Below, in pieces: positions 54,810 to 64,000 of a stretch of DNA of 64,000 bases (positions are counted from its first letter, which is position 1; each line of letters opens with the position of its first letter). The notes beneath the pieces are model-generated. The model saw only the letters and a list, made by a program, of their open reading frames with translations. It was not told the origin of the DNA and searched no databases. A program made the position numbers and the translations under genes. The stretch spans positions 49,290-113,289 of IMG/VR virus record IMGVR_UViG_3300027811_000003. One strand, given 5' to 3'. This DNA comes from a virus.

Positions 54810-57800
54810 TCAGACTTTCTCCAAGTCGTTCAACATCGATTCAGCTTCTTTCAGCGCGTCTTCGATGTCTTCTATCTCCGTGTCTTCGGAAAAAGGTCTA
54901 GTTACAAGCCTTCGCGACGCTCTCGTGTCATACGGATCAGACGCAGTCTGCTTATCTGTACCAAAAGCAAGTTCGTATTGATCTTCGCCAGTAGAAAACA
55001 GGTTCTTACCTTTGTCGACTGCTATGGTGGAATCGTTTCCCTCGCTACCCTTGTTCCTCTTCTCGACGATGCTTCTCTTGAACAACTTCTTCTTTTTTTC
55101 GTTTATCACTGGTCTGTGAATAACTTTTCCTTCGGGCTTCACTGGCTCTTCGGCTGGTGCCTCGGGCTTTTCTTCACCAGTCTCACCTCCAAGTGTGGTT
55201 GGAAGTTCCTCTTCGCCTGGCAGATTTTCTTCTCCTGATGGTTCTTCTCCGGGAGCTTGCATGTTCTCTAAAGTCAGATCTTCAAGTTTGTCAAACTTCT
55301 TTCCTTCTCTGACTTTCTCTATCTCGTCGTCAGACATGCTGAAGATCGTCCTGTAAATCGTTTCTCTGTCGAGGACTCCCTCAGTGGCTTGAGCAGCTAT
55401 CTCGAATCTCTGCCTCCACAATTCGAGTTTCTGTTGCTCTGCCACAGTAGAAGCAGTAGCAAGTTTGAGCTCGAAGTCAGCGAGAGCGTCTCCATCGAAT
55501 CCCATCAAAAACAAATGGATAATCGCTATTTTGCTCAGCTCTGCTACGACTATCTTCTGCACTCGTTCTACGCTGCGAGCGAACCTAACGTCCTGCTGCG
55601 CGAGAGTAGCCTTTGAACCTATGTCGCCCTCGTACCCCAAATACGCTTTTGGAACCTGAAGCGCTGCAAACATCTTGTTCTGTATGTATTGTACGTCGTC
55701 TATGTCTCCGGTAAACTGACCACCGGGAAGAGTCTCGATCTTGGACGACTTGTCTCCACGAATGGGAATAAAGTAATCTTCGTCAACAGAGTTCTTTAAT
55801 AAAATAAATGACTTACAAATTTCATGTGAACCGTTTCCGATAACACTGAAGTTATGTCTATCTTCTTCATTGAATGGACCGACAACAGTCATACAATAAA
55901 CATCGTCAGAAACATTCTCAAGAATTTCAACCTTAGCTACCTGATGATTAAGCGGAGCAGAATGCGTTAACATGTAATTTTTGAAAGATGAAAATCCTAC
56001 GTGCTCAGGACGATCTTCGTTGTCCCATTTTCTCTTATACACATCCCGTGCTACCATAACATGAGTAGATGTTTGTGTGCCATCTGGTTCGATGATTCTT
56101 TCGTATCCTTTGTTGTTCAGATCGCGATATAACGACAAAAGGCTGTCACCACTTCGCAGTTCATCTGCTCTCTTGCTGCTGCCGTCTCTCATGACGAACG
56201 GATGTTCTGGAGCTGTGTCGACATACGAACCGTCGTCAAGCCACACTCTGTGAAGTTTGTCACACGTGTAATTCTTGCCACACCACTTCACTTTGCCAGG
56301 GACCAATCGTTTCGTTTCGTCCTGAATCGAATAAACCCAATTCTCTTTTCCTGCTTCGTATTCTTCAGCGAGTTGTTTGATCGTCAAGTTTCTTCCGTCA
56401 AGCAACGGAACACAAGTGTTCGATCTTATCGGAAGCGGATTATAGCGAAGGTCAACTCTCCCGCTCGTTGGGTCGACTATCTGATTCCTACGCAGCTTGT
56501 TCTTGATCTTCTCCATGAACTGATCCGCGTCTTTCGGAGCAGTGTTACCGACGTCTATGTAAAACACGCGTCGTTCAGGCGATCTGACGATCCTGTACAC
56601 CATCATCGCGTCTTCGATCAATATCAATTGCCGCCATATGCGTCGAGCTGGTTCGATGATACTCTGACCGTACGGCAAGAAGTTGTCATTACCGAGCAAC
56701 CTGAAGTGTATGACCTGCCAATTTTGTAGTATCCTATTTCCTTGCGTCGTCCACCTGAAACGAACAGCGAAAGGATCGTTCTTGTCAAACCCTTCTTCGC
56801 GTTCTATCTCGTTGATCGGTATGGGCAACAGATTCAATATACCGGTAGATTCGCTAGCGTCTACAAACAAGAGAAAATCGCCGTATTTTACCAAGTTGCG
56901 GACCCAACTCCACAAATTGAATTCGATGTTGAGAACATCGAAAAAGAGAGTCTCAAGAATCTGTTTGATCTCTGCGTTCTTGCTCACAACTTCGAGCATG
57001 TGATTCTTTTCGTTGTGCGTCGTCGTCTCGTCAGACCATATGTTTAATGCCGATGCAATCTCGGGTGTATTATGAGATATGACGCTATCTAAACAAAAAT
57101 TCTTAAAGCCTTCTACTGACAAATCATAAAGATCTACATTTCCAAAATCTTCTATGCGATCGATTGCAACTCCACCATCTGCAATTAGCATCTCTTTGTT
57201 CGAATCATATGCGAATACAAATTGTTCCCAACTTGAAAATCCCCAGCAGGAAATAGTAAATTCTATTTCTTCTATGGTAGTTTTCAGATGCTCGCAAATT
57301 TTGAATAGTTCGAATCCAATATCTTCAGCAAGGCAAAGCAAAAGTGCAAATTTATGGCGTTGAAGATCTGAAAACTCATGAGGGGCATCAGATTCTTCAG
57401 CATCTTGACATTTTGGTGACATCAAAACATCATCTTTTTTCAGACAACATGCTTTTCTGTACGAACCATCGTTAAGCATCAATCTATGTTCACTGGATAC
57501 TATGATATTTTTGCCGTTGCAAAGAATGATGTTGAGAGCATTGTCGTTTCTTGTAAAATGTGGATTTGAAGCTTTGGTTTTAACAAATTTTCTAGTTGAG
57601 TGATCCCACGAAATGATGTTAAACGATTTATTTTCTCTTTTAGACAATTCTTCTATAGTCACAAATGTATTTTCATCGGGTAAAAAGACCAATGATTGTC
57701 CATGGATGCAGAATTCCATCTCAGAATAATCTGAATATCGAGAGTTGTGAACTATTATCGTGTCTGTAGCAAAATTCTCGTAACCGTCAACAGTTAAGTC

Positions 57801-59027
57801 ACCGACTTCTATGATTCCATTGCGTTCTACTGAGACAACTTTATGATTACGAACTTCTCTATATTGTTTTGTTTTATGAAGACGATCTTCTGCTGAACGA
57901 TGCTTTCCTTTCCAGTAAGATGCGAATGAAGAACGATCTGGTTTTGGAAGTTCTATATTGAATTTTTGTTTAACGAATTCGTTCCATGAATTTCCGACAT
58001 CGAATCCTTTTCCTCGTATTCTGCGCATCAAAGCTTGCATGCCACAATTCAAATCAGAAAGAACTAGCTTCACATCGTGATTGTTTCTGATCGACGAATT
58101 ACAAATTGCGTCAAATGTCACGTCAGAACGAGTCTTAAATTTTGTGTTGCTTTCAGCGATGATAGCTCTTCTTGAGCCATCGTCATTGTCCCAAGCACGT
58201 TGAATGCTTTCACATGTCTTTTTTCTTATGTCAGGGTTATTCCACTGTTCTTTTGCTTGTTTACCGTGTTCTGAGAGATGCTTCTTAGCATCAATTATTT
58301 CAAGATTACTTGGATCATTATTTTCAGGATTATGATCTTTGTGATGCACGTGTTCGATACTCTTCTGCACGTCTCTGCCGTTAAACCATTCTGTGATAAG
58401 TCTATGCTCTGGTTCCCATCCTTTCCAAGATTTCTGTTTTTCCATAGTGTAAATCGACGAGTAACCACTGAATTTCTTTCCGTCTTCTGCCACGCCGTTG
58501 AATTGACGACGATAAAATGGCATCATCGATTGACCAGGTTCCAACTTTTCAGCGTCTAGATAAGTTCCATCACGAAGCATGCATGGATGATCGGGAGTAC
58601 AAACAAGAGAAGATCCGTCATTGAATGTAACTTTGACAGTTTCCTTGAATCCAGAAGAACGAGGATGATGTGCCCACGCAGGAACGATCTTCTTCTTTTT
58701 GTGATCGTAAGCGTAAACAAGAAATTTTTCACCATTGGGATATTTCTTTGCCGCCTCGTACAAAGAAATATATCTTTCAACGCCTGGAACAGCTATGCCT
58801 TTGTAATCAAAGGACAAACACATCCTCTCGTATTGTCCATAGCTCGCGAGAGCGTGCACGTACAAATGCGACAACTCTTTCTTGTATGCGCTTGCCGTTC
58901 CTTGCGGTTCTTGGAACTTTTCGCCTGACGCTATCTTGTGCCTGACGACTGGACCGCTACGGAAAAGTCTAGTGAGACGCTTCCACACCGATTCTCTGCT
59001 TCTTCTGTCGATCAACTCGTCTGTCAT
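54810..59027 (-). CDS. Portal protein (gp20-like) with three inteins; spliced length about 618 aa
   Basis: PEIASAL, KYGD, LIEDAMMVYRIVRSPERRVFYIDVGN, EDYFIP, IETLPGG, LQVPK, DVRFAR. Confidence 0.95.
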   Translation of the reverse strand: MTDELIDRRSRESVWKRLTRLFRSGPVVRHKIASGEKFQEPQGTASAYKKELSHLYVHALASYGQYERMCLSFDYKGIAVPGVERYISLYEAAKKYPNGEKFLVYAYDHKKKKIVPAWAHHPRSSGFKETVKVTFNDGSSLVCTPDHPCMLRDGTYLDAEKLEPGQSMMPFYRRQFNGVAEDGKKFSGYSSIYTMEKQKSWKGWEPEHRLITEWFNGRDVQKSIEHVHHKDHNPENNDPSNLEIIDAKKHLSEHGKQAKEQWNNPDIRKKTCESIQRAWDNDDGSRRAIIAESNTKFKTRSDVTFDAICNSSIRNNHDVKLVLSDLNCGMQALMRRIRGKGFDVGNSWNEFVKQKFNIELPKPDRSSFASYWKGKHRSAEDRLHKTKQYREVRNHKVVSVERNGIIEVGDLTVDGYENFATDTIIVHNSRYSDYSEMEFCIHGQSLVFLPDENTFVTIEELSKRENKSFNIISWDHSTRKFVKTKASNPHFTRNDNALNIILCNGKNIIVSSEHRLMLNDGSYRKACCLKKDDVLMSPKCQDAEESDAPHEFSDLQRHKFALLLCLAEDIGFELFKICEHLKTTIEEIEFTISCWGFSSWEQFVFAYDSNKEMLIADGGVAIDRIEDFGNVDLYDLSVEGFKNFCLDSVISHNTPEIASALNIWSDETTTHNEKNHMLEVVSKNAEIKQILETLFFDVLNIEFNLWSWVRNLVKYGDFLLFVDASESTGILNLLPIPINEIEREEGFDKNDPFAVRFRWTTQGNRILQNWQVIHFRLLGNDNFLPYGQSIIEPARRIWRQLILIEDAMMVYRIVRSPERRVFYIDVGNTAPKDADQFMEKIKNKLRRNQIVDPTSGRVDLRYNPLPIRSNTCVPLLDGRNLTIKQLAEEYEAGKENWVYSIQDETKRLVPGKVKWCGKNYTCDKLHRVWLDDGSYVDTAPEHPFVMRDGSSKRADELRSGDSLLSLYRDLNNKGYERIIEPDGTQTSTHVMVARDVYKRKWDNEDRPEHVGFSSFKNYMLTHSAPLNHQVAKVEILENVSDDVYCMTVVGPFNEEDRHNFSVIGNGSHEICKSFILLKNSVDEDYFIPIRGDKSSKIETLPGGQFTGDIDDVQYIQNKMFAALQVPKAYLGYEGDIGSKATLAQQDVRFARSVERVQKIVVAELSKIAIIHLFLMGFDGDALADFELKLATASTVAEQQKLELWRQRFEIAAQATEGVLDRETIYRTIFSMSDDEIEKVREGKKFDKLEDLTLENMQAPGEEPSGEENLPGEEELPTTLGGETGEEKPEAPAEEPVKPEGKVIHRPVINEKKKKLFKRSIVEKRNKGSEGNDSTIAVDKGKNLFSTGEDQYELAFGTDKQTASDPYDTRASRRLVTRPFSEDTEIEDIEDALKEAESMLNDLEKV
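55791..56432 (-). mobile_element. Portal intein 3 (214 aa), Pro1, class-3-like
   Basis: RYNPL|PIRSNT...DTAPEHPF...VYCMTV...RHNF...LLKN|SVDEDYF. Confidence 0.85.
57069..57710 (-). mobile_element. Portal intein 2 (214 aa), no recognisable intact endonuclease
   Basis: EMEF|CIHGQS...SSEHR...LYDLSVEGFKNF...ISHN|TPEI. Confidence 0.9.
57744..58820 (-). mobile_element. Portal intein 1 (359 aa) with HNH endonuclease
   Basis: YERM|CLSFD...CTPDHP...HVHHKDHNPENNDPSNL...GDLTVDGYENF...IVHN|SRY. Confidence 0.92.
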
Positions 59028-59031
59028 TTCG

Positions 59032-60702
59032 TCACCCGCTAGATATTAACCACGCGAAGTCTATCTCTTTGCCAAACGGCAACCTCATCTTGAGATGTCT
59101 AGTCGAAGGATCCACACCAAACACGCTTCCAACTGGAGAATTAGTTGGATTTTTGGACGCCCCTTCTATCTGCGTGTTGTACGTCCTGTTCATTCCTATA
59201 CCGTCAAGCATCGACTTTTTCATCTCTACGTTAGCAAAGTTTGTTGTCAAGAACGTGTCTCTCAACCAGATTCCTATAGCAGCTGCCATAACTAGGTCGT
59301 CATTTTTCGTCTTCATCGCCTCTGGCCGACCGTTGTTCCAAATGAATGTTCTAAGCTCTTCGACGAGACGTTTCGAATAAAAGTAAATGTTTCTGTTTCT
59401 GATGTACTCTTCTAATTTCGAAATCATCAAAGACCTGTTCTTTTGCGAAGTCGTGAAACCCGGGACGAGATCGTCTTCGGTCGTTCCCCAGTACGTGTTC
59501 ACGACATCGCCAGGTCTCTGGTCTCCTCTCCTCGAGTAGTACACATTTTCGTACGCCTTGATCTTGATATGTTCTAGGCAAGCCATTCCTATGGCTGTGT
59601 TTTCGACGGCTAGGATCGCTGTTCCGTACTCGTGGCCAGTGTCGCACAACAACGCTGCGAATTCTTCTAAAGGTGTCTTTCCGTAATACTCTGCGACCTG
59701 AGTCATGCTAGCTATATCAAACACATGAAATGCAGAGTTGTCTTTTCCGTCTCCTCTAGCGACGTCTGCTGATATCAAGTACTTTGCGTTATCACGAGGT
59801 TGCTGAAACACATGCAAGTTTCTGTCCCAGTTCTTCATCTCTTGCGGGATCGTCGTGCAACTTTCCATCCATCTCAGATACTGAGGAGCGACGACAGTGT
59901 CGCCAGACGCGTTGAAGTTGCATTCCAATTCTTGAGCCACGTCCCTAGGAGACATGTTAGCAGCTGCGATTTCGTTTTTGAACCATGGAGAAGTCTTAAA
60001 CCCAGGTCTTTCTACGTCATCTTGTATACCCACTGCTCTGTCAGGATGCAACCACCACATGAATCTGTGAAATTTGAATTCGTTTCTGCTTTCTTCTGCG
60101 TCGGAGCAAATCTCGTGAAACTTGTTGCCAACGCCGTTAGGAGTAGACAACACGGCGGCGCTACCACCAGCGGCCACAGTTGAATACAACCCAGTCCACA
60201 GTTCATCGAAACGAGGAACGAACGCAGCTTCGTCTATTATCAGAAAAGAAACAGCTTCAGAACGGCCAGCGTCTTCAGACGTGGCTATCGCAGCTATGCG
60301 AGAACCGTTGCTAAGTTCAACTGACAGCTTGTTGTCAGTCACGACGTCAGCTAAAAGCAGCCATTTCGGCAATTTCTTGAACGACGTGATGACTTTTCGA
60401 ATTATGTTCTTGGCAGTCTCTAACTTAGACGCCATGACGATGATGTTCTTTTCTTTGTGAAACAACATCAACCAACAAGCGTAAGCAGCAGTAACTTCAG
60501 ATATGCCTAGCTGTCTTGCTTTCAATATTACGTTGAAACGATTTTCCTTGTAGTCTCTTATGAGTTGTTCCTGGTAATCGAACAACTTGAACGGTATCAA
60601 TCCCCTGACTGGATGCTTTATCTTGACGTAGGTACGAACAAAGTAGACCGGATCACGGCCGCACTTTATGATCTCGTTGCGTAATGAATTTTTGTTGTCC
60701 AA
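59032..60702 (-). CDS. terL: Terminase large subunit (gp17-like)
   Basis: DYQ, KARQLG, IIDEAAF, STPNG, QELEC, ADVARG, DDLVMA. Confidence 0.96.
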   Translation of the reverse strand: MDNKNSLRNEIIKCGRDPVYFVRTYVKIKHPVRGLIPFKLFDYQEQLIRDYKENRFNVILKARQLGISEVTAAYACWLMLFHKEKNIIVMASKLETAKNIIRKVITSFKKLPKWLLLADVVTDNKLSVELSNGSRIAAIATSEDAGRSEAVSFLIIDEAAFVPRFDELWTGLYSTVAAGGSAAVLSTPNGVGNKFHEICSDAEESRNEFKFHRFMWWLHPDRAVGIQDDVERPGFKTSPWFKNEIAAANMSPRDVAQELECNFNASGDTVVAPQYLRWMESCTTIPQEMKNWDRNLHVFQQPRDNAKYLISADVARGDGKDNSAFHVFDIASMTQVAEYYGKTPLEEFAALLCDTGHEYGTAILAVENTAIGMACLEHIKIKAYENVYYSRRGDQRPGDVVNTYWGTTEDDLVPGFTTSQKNRSLMISKLEEYIRNRNIYFYSKRLVEELRTFIWNNGRPEAMKTKNDDLVMAAAIGIWLRDTFLTTNFANVEMKKSMLDGIGMNRTYNTQIEGASKNPTNSPVGSVFGVDPSTRHLKMRLPFGKEIDFAWLISSG

Positions 60703-60703
60703 G

Positions 60704-61126
60704 TCACTCTTCTGTAACTACTTCAAAATTTTTGACTTCAAACACACGCCAACTCGTGTACATGTACCGTTCGTTAAGCGAAACCTTGTGAACTGCAAAA
60801 TCAGCCATTGACTTGTCCTCAACTATGTCAAGTGCTTCGTGAACTCTAGACTTGAATTCTTTCTTCAAGTTTTTAACAGTTTCGTTGAGTAGACGCTTCG
60901 CCATTTCGTCTATGTCTTTCTTACGACCTGGATAATTGAATTCATACGAGACATAGACTAACCTCATCTTGTTTCCTGTGAATCTAACGGAAAATTGATA
61001 AGAAGGAAAATTTTTGTTCTGATCTCTGATGATCTCTTGAAGAACGCCCAATATACGTGCAGGTATCTCATGCTCTACACCGTATTCGGTGATCTCAAAA
61101 CTACCGACTTCGTTATCTTTTTTCAT
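60704..61126 (-). CDS. Hypothetical protein
   Basis: RBS GGAG and TATTTA motif upstream. Confidence 0.6.
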   Translation of the reverse strand: MKKDNEVGSFEITEYGVEHEIPARILGVLQEIIRDQNKNFPSYQFSVRFTGNKMRLVYVSYEFNYPGRKKDIDEMAKRLLNETVKNLKKEFKSRVHEALDIVEDKSMADFAVHKVSLNERYMYTSWRVFEVKNFEVVTEE

Positions 61127-61166
61127 GCGACATCTCCAGTGTATTCAGCATAAATAGCGACAAACA

Positions 61167-61412
61167 TCATTTCTTCAAAGACTCAACGTAATCTGACAAT
61201 TCTTGTCCTGACGGGCGCCAGCCGTTACGCCATCTTTCTTCTCTGCCTTCGACGAATTGGATGGCGCAGCTCACACAAACTCCGCAATCGTAAAAAGTAT
61301 TTGTCGATTTTCCCTTCATAAGCATCCCGCACAACGGACAAAACGTTGGAACCCTAAACTCATTATTGCTAAGCATCGATCGTCTCCACTCAGTTATGGT
61401 TTTATGACCCAA
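61167..61412 (-). CDS. Small zinc-finger protein
   Basis: CPLC...CVSC...VEGREERWRNGWRP. Confidence 0.6.
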   Translation of the reverse strand: MGHKTITEWRRSMLSNNEFRVPTFCPLCGMLMKGKSTNTFYDCGVCVSCAIQFVEGREERWRNGWRPSGQELSDYVESLKK

Positions 61413-61684
61413 AATATTAGTCTAAACTCTTCGTCTTTTACCCTGACTAGCACAGACGAAACGCCATCTGCTACATCGTTGTCTATCATGAACTTGCAGT
61501 TGATTTTTCGTCCCCACACCTCGTAGCTGAATTTCATTTGCTTGCCATCTGAATCGACAATCGTAACTTCAGAGTTTCTTGCATTTTTAAAGAAAAACCC
61601 GTTTAGGACAATCTTGAATTCAAATTCTCCAAGCTGCGGATACACGTCTTGAAGATTGTAGACTACGTATTTTTCATTTTTCAT
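61394..61684 (-). CDS. Hypothetical protein
   Basis: Packed ORF. Confidence 0.5.
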   Translation of the reverse strand: MKNEKYVVYNLQDVYPQLGEFEFKIVLNGFFFKNARNSEVTIVDSDGKQMKFSYEVWGRKINCKFMIDNDVADGVSSVLVRVKDEEFRLIFWVIKP

Positions 61685-61687
61685 GTG

Positions 61688-62488
61688 TTATCTTGCCCAC
61701 GGATGCCAAGTGGCAGCAGCGCCATAGAACGGATGAACGCCGTTGTCGCCTATGGTGAGCCACACCTTGGGTCCTATATCCACATTAGCCAACAACAGCG
61801 ACACGCCGACGCCACCCAAGAAACCGTTTGAACTGACGCCTAAATCGATGCTGGCTCCAAGCCTCTCATACCACTTCTTGTCAAACATCTTCGGGTTCAC
61901 TGCAGCCAAAGATATGTCTACGTCGACATTTTCTTCAGAAGAAGTAACTCTGCTGTTCCAGGATCCGTCTTCTTTTTGTCCAACTGTCACAGACACCTTC
62001 AACGGTCTCATTTGTTCAACCTTTACGTACGCTTCTGGCGGATTAGTGATCGTGTAACCCGACGCTCGAATGTAACTCCATTCTTTCGCAAATTCAACCT
62101 TGTCTCTCTGCAAACCACCCTGCTGACTATTCGGAAGAGGCGTTTGTGTCGCGTTGGCGAGTCCTTCGTACGCTTTCTTCCACTTGAAAGACATCGTGTT
62201 GGCAGTGAGCAACTCTTCTCCGCTGTTCTTCAGATCTTTCAACAGCATCTTTATTTGAACATCGCGTTGATCTAACTTGTTCTTAAGATCATCTGTCTCT
62301 ATGGAAAGCTTCTCATAGACACCTTTGTGAATTTCTATAGTTTTGTCTTTACTAGCTAAGCTGTTTTGAAGTTCAGTTATCTGCTTGTCATACGACCACT
62401 TTTTTATGCCACCGAAGATCAACAGCGAAACTATCAAAAAAAACAACACTGCAGCAGTGTATTTCAAAACTTTGTCAGATATTTCCAT
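61688..62488 (-). CDS. Membrane-anchored coiled-coil protein, spanin-like
   Basis: N-terminal TM, heptad region, C-terminal Gly/aromatic beta-strands. Confidence 0.45.
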   Translation of the reverse strand: MEISDKVLKYTAAVLFFLIVSLLIFGGIKKWSYDKQITELQNSLASKDKTIEIHKGVYEKLSIETDDLKNKLDQRDVQIKMLLKDLKNSGEELLTANTMSFKWKKAYEGLANATQTPLPNSQQGGLQRDKVEFAKEWSYIRASGYTITNPPEAYVKVEQMRPLKVSVTVGQKEDGSWNSRVTSSEENVDVDISLAAVNPKMFDKKWYERLGASIDLGVSSNGFLGGVGVSLLLANVDIGPKVWLTIGDNGVHPFYGAAATWHPWAR

Positions 62489-62491
62489 GTG

Positions 62492-62737
62492 TCACTCTTT
62501 GCTTTCTTCATTTTCAAACTTTTTGTCAGTCCATCTCCTGCTGACATAAGCAGTGAACGTCGGCGCAAGAATAGCTCCTATCGTAGCAGCGTCGATCGTT
62601 CCTACAGCGATCTCTCTGCCAGCCACGTTCATCACGAATCCAGCAAACAACACTTTGATCATCACGACGATGAAACCGATGAACGTCATTGTCAGCACTG
62701 CATCTGGACTGCCTTTTGAATTTTTAAACCAAGTCAT
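62492..62737 (-). CDS. Holin-like two-TM protein
   Basis: 81 aa, two hydrophobic segments, charged C-terminus. Confidence 0.5.
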   Translation of the reverse strand: MTWFKNSKGSPDAVLTMTFIGFIVVMIKVLFAGFVMNVAGREIAVGTIDAATIGAILAPTFTAYVSRRWTDKKFENEESKE

Positions 62738-63999
62738 TATTCGTCTCCAACTGATACGTGTGCGTAGCCTTCTTCGTCTGAAACTATTTCTATGAAGTTG
62801 TCCACGACGTCTTTCATCGTGTCAAGATGACTGATGACTATCACGTGTTCGAACACCGTCTTTAAATAGTCAAACATCTTGAGCACATTCTCTAAATTTT
62901 TGGGATCTAACTTTCCAAAGCCTTCGTCTATCATGAAGATGTTTGACTTCGGTAAAACAGATATACTTAGCAAGGCACATCTTATAGCCATAGAAGCTAT
63001 GAATTTTTCAGCGCCGCCGCCGAGTTCAAGAAGTCTGCTTTTGTAATTACCGTATTGAATAAAAAATCTTATAGACTGCTCTTCTTCATCATGTTCTAGA
63101 AACACGCCGAAGTCTGCCACGCTTGACAATATCTTGTTGATTTCGTCATTGATCAAAGGCAACTTCTGCGCGAGTATCCTATGCGGTATGCCGTCTTTTC
63201 CCATGGCGCGATGAAACAATTCATAAGCCTGGCAAGCGTTTTTAAGCTCAACTGTCAATGAAAGTTGTTCGTTAAGCTTCTTTAGTATTCCTTGGTCTGA
63301 CCCCAATTTTTTGCTGATGTCCAGCGTCTTAGCTTGAAGCAAACGAATCTTATTTTCTATCTCTTTCTTTTCATTTTGCAACTCGTGAACAGCTTGCTCT
63401 ATTTCGAGATTTTCTCTTATGTCAGATTCCATTTTTTCAAAACGAAGTTTATCGTTTAGCATCGCGTCTTTTTCGTTGTTCAAGTTGTCTAACTGCAAAC
63501 GTGTGTTGTCGAGATGCAAAATCAAGCTAGATTGTTTTGACTCTAAATCTTTCTTTTTTTCCATGAACAATTCGAATTCGCTGAATTTCAAGACAAAATG
63601 TTCCAACGATTTTTTTTCTTCTTCGAGCGCAGCTGCTATTTTATCAACATCAGTTATTTTGTCAGACAACTGTTTTACGTTGTCTCTAGACCTAAACGCG
63701 TTTGAAAGAAACTTGCATGTTTTGAATGTGTCGCCGCATGGAACTTCGTCTAACAAAATCGCGTTTTTCTTGTTCGCTGCAAGATCTTTTTCGAGATCTC
63801 TCAGCAAACCGTTAAGAGAAACGATTTCATTGCAGACATCGTCGTGCCTTTGTTTCTTTTGTTCGTGAAGCTTTTTGTCGAATTTGTTTTTTATCGCGTT
63901 GAGCTTGAACAAGACGCTCTCTACTTCAGCTATCTGCTTCTGTAGATCGAGTAACTCTGAATTTTTGTCTTGTGCTTTTTGATCAAGTTCTTCTATGCA
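62737..63999 (-). CDS. SbcC/Rad50/gp46-like recombination ATPase (C-terminal part; begins outside the window)
   Basis: Coiled coil, signature LGGGAEK, Walker B MIDEGFGKLD, ISH; frame stays open to the window edge. Confidence 0.9.
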   Translation of the reverse strand, partial: CIEELDQKAQDKNSELLDLQKQIAEVESVLFKLNAIKNKFDKKLHEQKKQRHDDVCNEIVSLNGLLRDLEKDLAANKKNAILLDEVPCGDTFKTCKFLSNAFRSRDNVKQLSDKITDVDKIAAALEEEKKSLEHFVLKFSEFELFMEKKKDLESKQSSLILHLDNTRLQLDNLNNEKDAMLNDKLRFEKMESDIRENLEIEQAVHELQNEKKEIENKIRLLQAKTLDISKKLGSDQGILKKLNEQLSLTVELKNACQAYELFHRAMGKDGIPHRILAQKLPLINDEINKILSSVADFGVFLEHDEEEQSIRFFIQYGNYKSRLLELGGGAEKFIASMAIRCALLSISVLPKSNIFMIDEGFGKLDPKNLENVLKMFDYLKTVFEHVIVISHLDTMKDVVDNFIEIVSDEEGYAHVSVGDE

Positions 64000-64000
64000 A

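Noticed and set aside
63000-63035. Non-canonical ABC signature (LGGGAE) suggesting an inactive SbcC
   Set aside because: Walker B, D-loop and H-loop are intact and signature variation is common in phage gp46 proteins
1-64000. Stop-codon reassignment as in some large phages
   Set aside because: Core genes are full-length in the standard code, and TAA, TGA and TAG all occur as real stops

Overview
This 64-kb window comes from a large T4-like (contractile-tailed) bacteriophage. Essentially every real gene is on the minus strand; the plus-strand ORFs are antisense shadows. In transcription order (right to left) it carries: SbcC/gp46 ATPase (partial), a putative lysis pair, terminase, a portal protein with three inteins, prohead protease, many putative internal head proteins, ribosomal protein bS21, scaffold, major capsid, neck, a GIY-YIG homing endonuclease, tail terminator/sheath/tube, a tail fibre plus three small adhesin genes, a chaperone with a +1 frameshift extension, tape measure and baseplate genes. 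A replication and nucleotide block follows: short PolA, HD hydrolase, SSB, RecA, 5'-3' exonuclease, helicase, intein-bearing class II RNR, DHH, an Asp-type thymidylate-synthase homologue, an all-alpha NTP pyrophosphatase, MT-A70, DUF550, RNA ligase 2 and a DnaE N-half ending in a split intein. The strongest candidate for an undescribed system is a 1174-aa polyprotein (19710-23234). It joins a 2H phosphoesterase, three tandem minimal protein kinases and an HxGH nucleotidyltransferase through linkers bearing the same hydrophobic-x-Glu sites seen in the capsid and scaffold proteins. This suggests a prohead-protease-processed, head-packaged set of anti-defence or host-takeover enzymes (inference). 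All calls rest on motifs read by eye; no database searches were run.
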